NCBI GenBank assembly: GCA_030141605.1
Contig: JAQGDQ010000004.1
Span: 744,001-808,000 of the forward strand
DNA length: 64,000 bases
Source of the DNA: Tubiluchus corallicola
Lineage: Eukaryota; Animalia; Priapulida
Direction: 5' to 3'
The position numbers and the translations under genes were made by a program. This document shows, piece after piece, positions 13,801 through 25,800 of this stretch. The notes beneath the pieces were generated by a model, which did no database searches, was not told where the DNA came from, and saw only the letters and a program-made list of their open reading frames with translations. Each line of letters begins with the position of its first letter. Positions within the stretch are counted from its first letter, which is position 1.

Positions 13801-16800
13801 CTCGTTGCAACTTGGAGATGAAAACGATAAAAGTAGCTGGACAGGTACTGTACCGGCTTGGCTGTCTGATGACCCAGTGGACGATGATTGTGTCCTTGGG
13901 CTAGATTGGTTAAGGGCGCATCATGTTAGTCTAGATACTGCTAAAAACGACCTAGTTTTCCTGATGGTCACCGTTTAAAAAATTTTCCACTGGCTGATGG
14001 AAACACTAAAATGTTAAATGCGAAACGCGTAGTTTTACCCCCTCTTTCAGAAATCCTAGTTGATGGTGCACCTTTTGTTCCATTACCGTACACTACCGGC
14101 ATGATTTCACGAGTGCATGATAAACTTAATTTACGAAATGGCATTCTCACTGGCAAAGTTACGGTTTCTCCTGGCTCAAAAACGGTAAAAACTCTTTTGG
14201 CTAATATCTCTAATAAAGAAGTTACTTTACGGCCTGGTGAATTAATTGGAATGTGGGAACCAGTAGAAGAGATAAAAGAACCTCTTCCTGTTCCAGTTTT
14301 ATGTGAAACTAGTTCCAAAGGCTTCCGTACTGCACTCAGGCAAGTAAAACAAAAACAGTTGTCGGCACCTGTTCGACTTTTGTTGAAAAATAGTGGGAGA
14401 AATTTATCGAATACGCAATACAAACGACTGCATGAATTTTTATTGCGGAACAATCATCTCTTTTCTAGTTCACCTGCAGATTTGAGTAGAACTAAGATAG
14501 TACAACACACCATAAACACTGGTATGCACCCCCCCCCCCCTATTAAAGCACAACCGCGGCGCTTGGGACCTAAACAACACGAGGAGCTTGATAAAGCTAT
14601 GGATGGAACGCGCACGCAAGGCGTGATTGAACCTTCCAACTCTCTTTGGTCTTCTGCTGTGGTATTAGTACGCAAAAAAGACGGATCGACACGTTGTTGT
14701 ATAGATAATAGGGCGTTAAACGCAGTGACAATACGCGACAACTACCCATTACCCAGAATTAATGACTCTATTGACGCATCATCTGGAGCTGAATGGTTTT
14801 CGACACTTGATTTAAAATCAGGGTATCATCAAGTAGAAATGGCCCCAGAAGACAAGCATAAAACAGCTTTTGTAACTCCTCAAGGACTGTGGCAATTTAA
14901 TTCAATGCCCTTTGGTTTAATGAATGCCCCGGCAACGTTTGAACGTTTGATGGAGCAAATATTAGCGGGATTACATTGGCGAACAGTCCTTGCAGAAAAC
15001 TGGCTATTTGTTTTACAGATTTTATTTTCATTTTCCACTCATTGTAAAAAAGACGGTGAAACTGCAATAGAACAAGAAAAAAGAATATCAACAAAAATAA
15101 AGCAACAGTAAATGTGCGAGTAAATGAGAAACAAGCGTTAGCAAATTAACAACAAGCACACTGAAGCAGAAGATGATTCAAAATTAAACCATTACATATG
15201 GCATTACAAAACAAACGCAAAAAATTTGCTAACAAACAAACTTCCTAGCATATTCACAAATCAGCACGCACATGACACACATGCACGCCTATGCAAAAAC
15301 ACGCGCATACGCATGCACTTCAAACAGTTGCAAAAAATCAATAATTAGGCAATGGCTAGAAATGAAAAGAATTATTATCAAATAAACACCAACAGAAACC
15401 ATTAAGCAAACAAATGAACTTACAAACGTTTGAGGATCTGTATAACAAATTTCAAGCCAATCTTCAGAAATCAAAAAGACATACTGGTTCTACAACAGTG
15501 GCATACTGACCTCACAACTACTATACCACTAAAACAGGATTTTTTCCTATTCTAAGGCTATCTAACCACTCAACACAAGAGCGGCCAAGCATTTCAAACA
15601 AACTCTACAGGTAATGCAAAATGAATAATGTTACTCTAGAATTAATACACCTGGCTTCACTGTACCCAAGCTAGCCTGAAAGATAACACTCCCCACCGTA
15701 GAATAATTGCGATTCTACCACACCATGACCAAAAACTACATGACTGGTATCAACGGCGTCAACCATACTAAGCATCCTTCAAAGCAGCTTCCAACAGCAC
15801 CAGTTTTGTGATCGGACGAACCAACTCTGATGTTCGGGTCTTCACCTTGACAGTTCGCACCAAGCCGTCCCTGCCCTTGGTGACATCACTGACCAGAGCT
15901 AATGGCCATAAGCATCTCGGAGTGTTTTCATCTATAACCAAAACTAGATCACCAGGCTTCAAGTCCATCCATTTTACTCTCCGTTGAAGCTCAGGCAAGT
16001 AGGCCCTCACCCACTTGCGCCAGAATTGATCAGCTAAATTCTGCACATATCTCCAGCGTCGGCGATAAAAATCGTCTGAATCAAATTTGCCTGGTGGCAA
16101 AGTAGGTCCTTCACGAAGGAGAAGAATATGATTAGGTGTCAATGGTTTGGAGTCACGAGGATCATCACTCAACTTTGTGATTGGCCTGCCATTCAGTATA
16201 GACTCTACCTCGCAAAATAAGGTCTCCAACATCTCATCAATGAGAGCGGCTTTAGATAACAAGGCAGCTAAAATTCGACGCGTGCTGCGAATCATTCTCT
16301 CCCAGAGACCACTCATATGTCAGGCTCCAGGTGGATTAAAATGCCAATCAATCTCCCGCTTCACTGCATATGATTGTATATCCTCTTTGCTTAAGTCTTT
16401 CATACTTCGCTTGAGCTACCATTGGTACCATTGTCGCAGACAACCTTTTCTGGCAAACCTCTGCGTGCAGCGAATCTTCGAAAGCTGTTAAGGAAGGACT
16501 CTGTTTCCAGACTGTTGACCTTCTCAATGTGCACCGCTCTAGTGGTAAAACAAGTATACAGACATCCATATCTCTTGACCACTGATCTGTTTAGCTTCAC
16601 CTGAAAAGGACCGAACACATCGATGCCGACGGTGGTGAATGGTGGTTTGTCAGACTGAATTCTCTCTGGTGGCAAATCTGCCATGCGCTGTATACAAGGC
16701 CTAGCATACAGTTTCCTGCAAGTCACACACAGCCGGATTATCTTGTTAACCATAGCTCTCCCTTTGATAATCCAGTACTTCTTCCTGGTGTGATTTAAGA

Positions 16801-19800
16801 CCCACTCTGTGCCCAGACGTGCAAAGCTATGAGTATCTCGGATAATCGCTGAAGCTACTAGATGACCACGCGGTATTATACATGGAGGCACAATGTCCGC
16901 ATTCGACTGGCTTATTCTACTGTGTAAGCAAATGATGCCATTCTCATCCATGAAAGGAGCAAGCGGTTTAATTGAACTTGATTTATTAACACTGTCACCT
17001 GATAATAACTGTCCTAATTTATTTGGATGACGTTATAGTGTATGGAAGAACGTTTGACGAACATCTTGAACGGTTACAAGAAGTACTTTCTCGTTTCGAA
17101 CATGCTGGGCTAAAACGTAATGCAAAAAAAATGCTTACTGACACAAAAAGAAGTTGTGAACGCGTATTAGGATACTACAGTCAGGTCCTTTCCCTTCCTG
17201 AAGGTAATTATTGTGCAGCGCGTAAAGAGCTACTAGCTGTTTATAAAGCTGTTAGTCATTTTCATCATTATTTATACGGTAAACGGTTTACAATACGCAC
17301 GGACCACGCAGCACTACGATGGCTTCGCTCACTTGAGAGACCCGAAGGTCAATTAGCTCGTTGGATCAGTAAATTAGATCAGTACGACTATGTTATTGTA
17401 CACCATAGTGGTACTAGTCATTGTAACGCAGACGCATTATCGCGAAGACCATGCTTAGTCAGTTGTTCTCATTGTCAAGCCAGAGAAAAACGTTTTAACT
17501 ACAAACCTTCTGAACTTAAACCAGGAAGTTCCACTGTGCCCCATAGCGATGATGATAGTGATTTAGCTAGAATAAAAGCTAGACAATTTTTCCGCAAAAG
17601 GGAGACAATAAACCAAATAATGAGAGCAGTGGATCTCATAAAAACAATCTGAGCAAATGGGTCACAGGATACCTAAAATGCTAATGTCTACTCCGTTATG
17701 AACCTTTCTAGTGGAAAAGAATGCGCTGAAAAAGAAAACTAGTAAGTGCAATGCTGCATTGACTTATACAACCACAGTAAGAGATTTCAATCTCAGTTTC
17801 AAAGAGCAGCAAAAACGCGATGCTGATATACGTCCGGTATGCAAATTCTTAGAACAATCGGCTATTAAACCGTCATGGGAGAAAATTTCCGCATTGTAGC
17901 CCCACTACAAAAGAAATTTTAAATCACTGGGACGCTTTACGATTGGAAAACGGAATTTTACAACGCAAATGGGAAAACCCTAGCAAAAATATGATCATAT
18001 GACAATGGATAGCTCCGCGCACTTTACGCAAACAGATTTTGAAAGATATACATGAAAATCCGACCGCTGGACATTACGGTATAAATAAGACAATAGAACG
18101 CGCTCGATACCGCTACTTTTGGCCACGTATGAATAGAGATGTAGAAGTTTTTGTACGATCATGCGAAGTTTGCTGTCGTAATAAAGGGCAGCAACGTAAA
18201 CCGCGCGCGCCCTTACAACAATATCGTGTAGGAGCACATATGGAAAGGGTGGCCATTGATGTGGCTGGGCCGTTTCCGTTGTCTTCGCGTAAAAACAAAT
18301 TCGTTTTGGTTGCGATGGACTATTTTTCTAAATGTCCAGAGGCTTACGCAATCCCAAACCAAGAAGCTGAAACAGTAGCTTCAGTATTAGTTAAAGAATT
18401 TTTCTGTCGGTATGGAATGCCTTTAGAAATTCATTCTGATCAGGGCCGCAATTTCGAAAGCAAAATTTTTCAACAATGCTGCGAACTCATGGGCATTGAA
18501 AAAACGCGTACTACTGCTTTGAACCCAAAAAGTGACGGACTTGCAGAACGATACATTAAGACTTTGACGCTACAAATTGCACAATTCACTTCTGACAACA
18601 AAAAGACTGGGACAGTAAATTACCCTTGCTGTTAATGTCCTACCGTAGTACATGAGACCACCAGTTTCAATCCTGCCCAAGTGATCTATGGACGTGAGTT
18701 ACGACTCCCGCATGATTTACTAACTGAAAAACCGGCTACTAACATTACGTGTACTAACTATGTAGAATTCATAGGAAAATTAGAACAGCATTTGTATGAT
18801 GTACATCAATTCGTACGCAATAATTTGCGTTTTTCTGGTGAAGTAATGCGTAAGAGGTATGACGTTCGCTCTCGTCTTGTGCTCTATTCTCCTGGTGATA
18901 AAGTCTGGCTCTTCAATCCTCAAAGGAAAGTCGGCAAAAGCCCCAAATTACAGTCCGATTGGCACGGTCCCTATGTAATAATAGATAAATTATCTGACGT
19001 AACCTGTAGAATTAAGCTACCTGATAGAAAGCAACAACCAAAAATTGTACATTCTGATCGATTATGGAAGTATGTTCCAGCAGAAGGTTTTACTTGGAGT
19101 GGAGATAGCTCGGAAAAACTACGAACAACCCATAGTACGCATGATGTTTCTTGCGATGCTAATACTAGTGTTGACGTCCAACCACAACGATATGAACTTT
19201 CTGATTCTAATAGCTCGAGTAATGTTGATCCTGATGTGGAAGAACGCAGAAGTTTACAGTTTGAACCATCCGTGGAACAACTACCATTACCAGGAGAGGA
19301 CATAGACTCTTTTGGTTTGCCACCTCCACCTTATACATTGCCACACGGAAATGACACTCGAGTTCCTGAGACACAGTTACATGCTGAAGAAACAGAAGAT
19401 GACCTTGGAATTTCATCGAGTTTTCATGACAGCTTGCCAATGGCTCCTATGCTTTACTCTCCTACATTAAGTCATATCTATGAAGAAGGGTCATATCCTA
19501 GTGAAACTGTGAAACTCACCCCAGTGGTCGTGGAAAACTAAAAGACCTGCCAACACCTATCCCTATAGGACGATTTCCTTTGACATCAACACCCATACGA
19601 AACGAATTTCCTGGGACTCAGACATTAGAATTACTTGATACGGCATCCCTCGCTGCTGACAGCAATAAAACAAGAGACTTATCGACTCGTGATCTTATCC
19701 TTGATTGGCAACCTGAATTAACCCTTGAATTACCAAAGCCTTTAACCCCTGAAAAGACTGGTGAAAATTCATTGGTTCACCAAGAGGCCAATGACGTCAC

Positions 19801-22800
19801 TAGCGTTGAGGGTGAACTCAATTCATAACCTGGTGGCCAGGCTTCAGTTAATAACGAACAAGAAATAATTGATTTTCTTGACACTCCTAATGTCCCATGT
19901 CCTGTCACTAAAGAAGACTATAAAGAAAATTTTGACAAGCAGCGTGTGACAAATGCTAACAATTCATCAACCAGTAACCTCCCAATGCAACAACCTCACT
20001 GTCCTGACTCACTTACCGCTTTTAGTTAGTACAGCTTCTGAAGTTCCTTGCCAGGGTATGCCTATACCGTCACCATTACCATCGTTGCAATACCCTAGAC
20101 GCACACGCAAAGTACCTGAGTACTATGGTGGATATGTGTATGAAAACCCTTCAAGTCAAAGACTGATGAATGTAGTCCACAATTATGACGACTTACCTTG
20201 GTTTACCGTGAGAGATCTATAAACTCTGCGTTGCTGTAATAGTAGACATGATGCTTAAAACTAGAAGTAAAACCAGCGAGTGTCTTATTACCAAGTTACA
20301 AACCAGAGAATGGAGTTGCAAAGTAATAATGAACTTTAACCTTTCCAAGAGTACTACAACCATGCTCGCAAAAAAGGATTTTTCAAGAGAAATCATTTTA
20401 TACAGTTATCTAACTATAAATGTTTTGGAATTCATTACGGACAAAAACCTAACAATGGCCTTTGTAAGGAGCGTGAGAAGAAAAAAAGGAACATTCGTCC
20501 AAAACCTAATAAAAGGTGAGAGAGACTGAATAAACAGAGGGAAAAAATCACAGATTTCAATGTTTACTTGATCAGCTGATTTAGAGAAACCCCGTCGACA
20601 CGTGTTATGCTGTAGAAGCATACCTGGATGGAGATGACCCAGTTTTATCCCTTTAAATCGCCACGCTGTATCAAGGAAAGAAATGCGATACAACGCAGTT
20701 AGACCAGTGATGCTTACAAGCTTGCCGTAAATTCTACCAAAAAGACGAAAATTGCCAATTCAACGTAAAGAAGAGGCTTAGAGCAAATAAAATTTTGTTA
20801 ATTAAGTCTTTACGTAAAGCGAATACTATTTCTTTAGAATAAGTGATTACTGAGGCTCTAATCCTCTAAAGAAAAGCAGGAAGAGAATAAGAGATGAAGT
20901 AATAATGTGAATGAAAACTTGGCAAAAGTAACCTATCATATCAGGAATTATTGTACAATGAATGTTCTTGAATAATTGAATATCGTTTCTAATTATGACC
21001 TGTTGTTGAGCCTAGCATTAATCAATTTAGTTGATTAATGGCGGGACAAAGCAATTGAATTCTCATGTTTATGTTCATAATAGAAATTATTTGTACAATT
21101 AGACCGTCGTATAATTATTCCGAGTTCTTGTCATAAAACTCGTGTGATTCAGTAAAACTCTCGGTTGGTCCTATTAACCTTACTAAAACAAATTAATAAT
21201 GCACATACACACCCGTCGATTTCATGGTTGTTTTAGTTGTCAGTTTTTTTAATCTCGTTAACTGGTTGGTTAGTGTATCTGGTTAATTGCGTAGCAATTT
21301 ATAATTTGGTAATTTGGGTCTTCATTATTCTTGCCCAATTCTTGGCCTTTTACTTGGTACCCTTGGTTGATCAATGCTGAATTTTGTCTTTTGTCTTCTC
21401 TTGAGAACTCACATAACCGCCCCAGCTCATGTCACGTTTTAAATCATTCAAAGTCCGACTTTTCCTTGTTAGTGATTTCAGCTTTTGAGATACGTCGTCA
21501 GATAGTTATTGAAATTGTAAAATGAAATTGTAAATTACTAGTTGTAAAGTGTACAAAATCAGGAACATTGATGAAGAATTGCTACTGATATTGAAATTGT
21601 TAGATCAATAATACGCCTGTAATGTTTTTTTAAATAGTCAAGAACTCGTAACACATAAGGGTTTATTATTTTTTATCCTTTCTCTTAAGAAAAAAATACT
21701 TGTTGGTTTAATTAATTGATGCAGTAACAATTGTAATTATATGTACACTTTTAGGCTACGATCTTTATACCTTAAAAACCGCGCAAATTAAAACTGATGC
21801 GATACTACTTTCATTTTAATAAAATGTAGTAACACAGCTTCGAATGTTAAAAAACCGCTAAAATGCACTTTTGTTAAAATAACTTAAAATTTCTAGTATT
21901 TAATTTGGTTATTACTTGTTCTAACATCCGTAGAGAAGTTATATAGGAATCTTATTTTCCTTAGTAGTGATTGTAAATGTAATTAAGTGGATACGTCAGG
22001 TATTAATTAAGTTAAAGGAAAAGCATACTCGAAATTTTGTAAACCTGAACATCCACGTGTGCACACAAATGATTATGAAAATAAAAATCTTTTTACGCGT
22101 TGAGGTTAAATGCAAGCGGTTGGAGTCAACTACCACCATTGTTTCTGGAATAATTAGCGTTTTCTAAAAGCTAGGACGCTTTTATTTTAGTGTAGCGGGT
22201 CGCAGGATTAAACCGTCACGGGCTTCGTGAAAATGTAGTGTATTGAATGTAAAATTGCCTGGGCCAATCAGAGCTCAGTTTTCTAGGCCAATTTTCTCGA
22301 GCGTGCAACCTGTTCTCGTAGATTCGAGGGCAGTGCGTTCTGGTCATGTTCGGCTTCGGTTTCATTTTGTTTTTGTCTTCTTGTTTGCTGTTATTAAGTC
22401 AGTCGTGATTCAGTAATTTTTGGTTTAACCCATTGGTTTGCATCTCGACTCAACGCGTAAGTGTCAGCTATAAACTGTTGTTAAGTGTTTCATTTTACTG
22501 TTTTTCTTTCTTTTCTTTTTTATAATTTTCCTTAGTTAATTATGTATCTTCGCTATCATAGACGGCATCACAATATCAAAAGGAAATCTCGAAATTTCTC
22601 CATGCCACATTGCATGACAAATATTAATAATAACGATTAAGCCGGCTAAGAAAAACAAAACAATGTAACGTTTTTCACCAGTCCTGTCTTGGCATCACCA
22701 AGCGACTTTTCTCCTGCTCCCATTCCGCGTCATCTCCTCACCAGGGGCTTCATCGAGAAATGGTTCACCATAAAACGGTGGACTACACTAATTCTTCACG

Positions 22801-25800
22801 GACCTGATTACGTGGACGACGTCTTCAAACTTTGACGACTCCTGATGTACACGCCTCCACTTATATGACGCCAAAATAGGGTAGCATCCAAGCTCCTGCA
22901 CTCGTCGCAAGGTAAGGATTACCAATTTCGTAATCACAGCATGGTAGCACCAAGGACAGTATCATCAACGTCAGGTAAATACGGGTAAGAATCATCAGCA
23001 GCAGATATCATCGACAACTGGTAACTGATGTATCATCAGCGTCAGGAAAATATAATCAGCAACAGGTAAGTATCATCGCTAGAATGCAACTATCGTCTCT
23101 GTTGCAACCATGTAGACAGATCGCTTTTCTACAAGCAAGCACCGTTACTACTAGACCATCGTTTTATGACATGAGAACGTCCGCCTAACTCGACAACTTA
23201 AAGCAGAATACCTGGGCGAACTGAACAGCCAAAATTTTGTCTACGTGGCTTCAATCACATGATATAGTAGTAATGCATAAACAGTATCATTGAATGTACA
23301 GGTGAAATCTGATTCCAGAACAAGTTGGCTTCTAGCGTTATATCATTAAACAGTTTAACTAAACTTTTTTAATAAAAATTAAAAATAATAAATGGCGGAA
23401 TTATAACAGTTAGAAACTAGTTACATAACCTGGCCTAAAATAAGCCTGAGCGTCACGGTGTGTACAAAGTGAACTCCAGTATAATTTTAATACGGACAAG
23501 GACGATTGTGACGTACGCCAAAGTCCTAATAATTATTCGTTATTGTAATTGTGCTGTGTATACTGTAAGTATACGCATGCATTTAACTAATTTCATGGCT
23601 TGTTTTTTCTTCTTCCACTCCTATTTACATTACTCGTTTCCATTTCTCTTTTTATAGCCATGTGATTAGTTCATGATGCATTGCAGCTGAACTTTTCAAC
23701 TTTTAATTTTTTGCTCGCCTGCAAGCAGCTACATATTAACCGCATTCTGCGTTTCTTTGATAAATAAATTGCTAATAATATTATTTGTTTCCCCAGTTTG
23801 TCTGCTGTACGCATTATACAACTGTAGGAATTTATGTATGTATTTCTGTACTTTATTGCAATGGTGTTTTTTTAGTTAATAAAAAATAATTTCTAATGTA
23901 ACTTTGGTATAATGACTGAAGAGAAATTTGTGCCACTTTTTAGTTACATGTCTTTTTAATTTAACTTTTATTAATTAACACTTTCATGTAGTAATTATTA
24001 TAATCTAAATAGGCGGCAATATCAGTTGACCTCAATGTTTAAACGCAATTTTTGTACAGTTCGGCACTCTGTAATTTGGCACCCGGCACTCAACGACAGA
24101 ATTTAATATTGCTGGTTGTAGCGAGACAGAAACTAGATCTGCATCGAGTTCGTTATCAAGGATAATCCTTTAAGATGAGATAGGTACTGAAACATGAGCG
24201 GTGTTTTAGCGTCTTAGCCGTGTTTGGATGCGTAGACATTCTCCCTCAACGGAGTAAATATTCTAAGACAAATGAAGCAGCTCCTCAACAGTTTTTTGCA
24301 GTGACCCATCGATTTACTTAGCGCGCTTACTGTTGCATACTTTTAGTCGCTGAGAACAGGTGACCACTCAACTGTTATTCTCGCAGAATAAAAGTAATAA
24401 AAGTATTAATTATTGTTATTTACTTGTACATTATCAGCAATGTTACTATGTGCATTTGTACTTATAATATATAATTCAATGTATGACACATGCACAAATC
24501 TCTTTTTTTAGATGAACGTACGATGTAATGCAATTGTTACACAAGGGTCCGTGATTAAATTACAGACAAGCAGCTTGCATCTTTTTTTGTAAAATTTTTA
24601 TTAGTAAAGCCAATAGTTAGTTTTGCCGTTATTGCCTGACTCGAAGTATTTTCTTTTGCAGACAGTTGCAATGTGCTCGTGTCACTGTACATAAACATCT
24701 CTTTACGTCGTACGTCCTAACAAACACTGCTTGGATAATTTGGTATACCAGAGTTGTCACCAATGCTGATGTGCTTAGTGAAAACTATGTAAGTGAACAA
24801 ATCTTTCGTGCATGCAATTCTATGTACAAACTCTACTTACGTAAAATTCTACAACTTACCACACATAGCCATGTATCTCGCCTCTTATGTACAAGTTTTT
24901 CTTATTAGCTTTCGACTATGTTTAATGATTCTGTGTTAAACAATTAGAAAAATCCATAAGTATCAAGTTTGCAGTTTCAAGTATTTGTAAGTTCATATAC
25001 ATTTGATAAATTTAAATTACCTTTACGTAACTTTCAATATTACAGCAGATAATAGAATCTAGCCCTCACTCAGTTACACTCGGCAAACAAGCAGTTATTA
25101 ATATGATTGAAAGGTTGTAGCGAGACCGCAATCTATCTATTTAGCAAAGACATTCTCAGATAAGACACTGAACCTGCAGAAGTGCCTAGCCACGTTCGGA
25201 TGTGTATACAACTTCCTTCAGTGTAGGAAATAAAGGGAGGCAGCATGAATGATAAAATCACCAAGAAACAACTAAATAGGCTCAGTGCTACTTAGCTATC
25301 GTAATAATATAAAAATATTATATCACTTCTGTATAACATTGGTACCATTTAACTTGTTATAATAATATATATTTCTTTCTGAAACTTAAATTTGGCTCGT
25401 CACTTTTCTGTTTTAACAGTTGCTAAAAACTTTCGTATCAGAGAGGTTCGCATTAAATTTTGTTATATAATTAGTTAAGCATTAATTATTCTTTCTTTTA
25501 TAGATATGGTGTCAAGTGTTTCATGTGATAAATCAGTATCTGTTAGCATGTAATTATCTATGGATGTTCTGTGAGGGATTGTACCTTCACACAATGATTG
25601 TAGTAACATTCGTCAGTGAAGAAAAACTTATGCTTCTAGTTTATGCGATTGGCTGGGGTGAGTATAAGCATTGCCACCGCCAATAAGGTTCACACTTAGT
25701 TGTGAGTTGGTTTATTTGGCTGATTAGTCAGCTGATCAAATTTTAGGAATTTGTTTGAAACGGACTAATCAGTAAATACACTACACCTGTGTTTGAAATA

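Larger units (their letters stand above)
10967..22572 (+). mobile_element. Full-length, decayed Ty3/Gypsy LTR retrotransposon in a GPCR intron
   Basis: Two 382-bp TG...CA LTRs, ATAT target-site duplication (10963-10966 and 22573-22576), primer-binding site, and gag-protease-RT-RNaseH-integrase domain order. Confidence 0.96.

Noticed and set aside
14991-15111. C-terminal AENWLFVLQILFSF... of the 366-aa ORF as a novel RT fusion domain
   Set aside because: It is read-through into the antisense BEL LTR.
10967-22572. Idea that near-identical LTRs plus many pol lesions prove mobilisation in trans
   Set aside because: The LTR pair already shows about 5 substitutions and 2 indels in 382 bp; scaled over 8 kb this is enough to explain the stops and frameshifts by ordinary decay.
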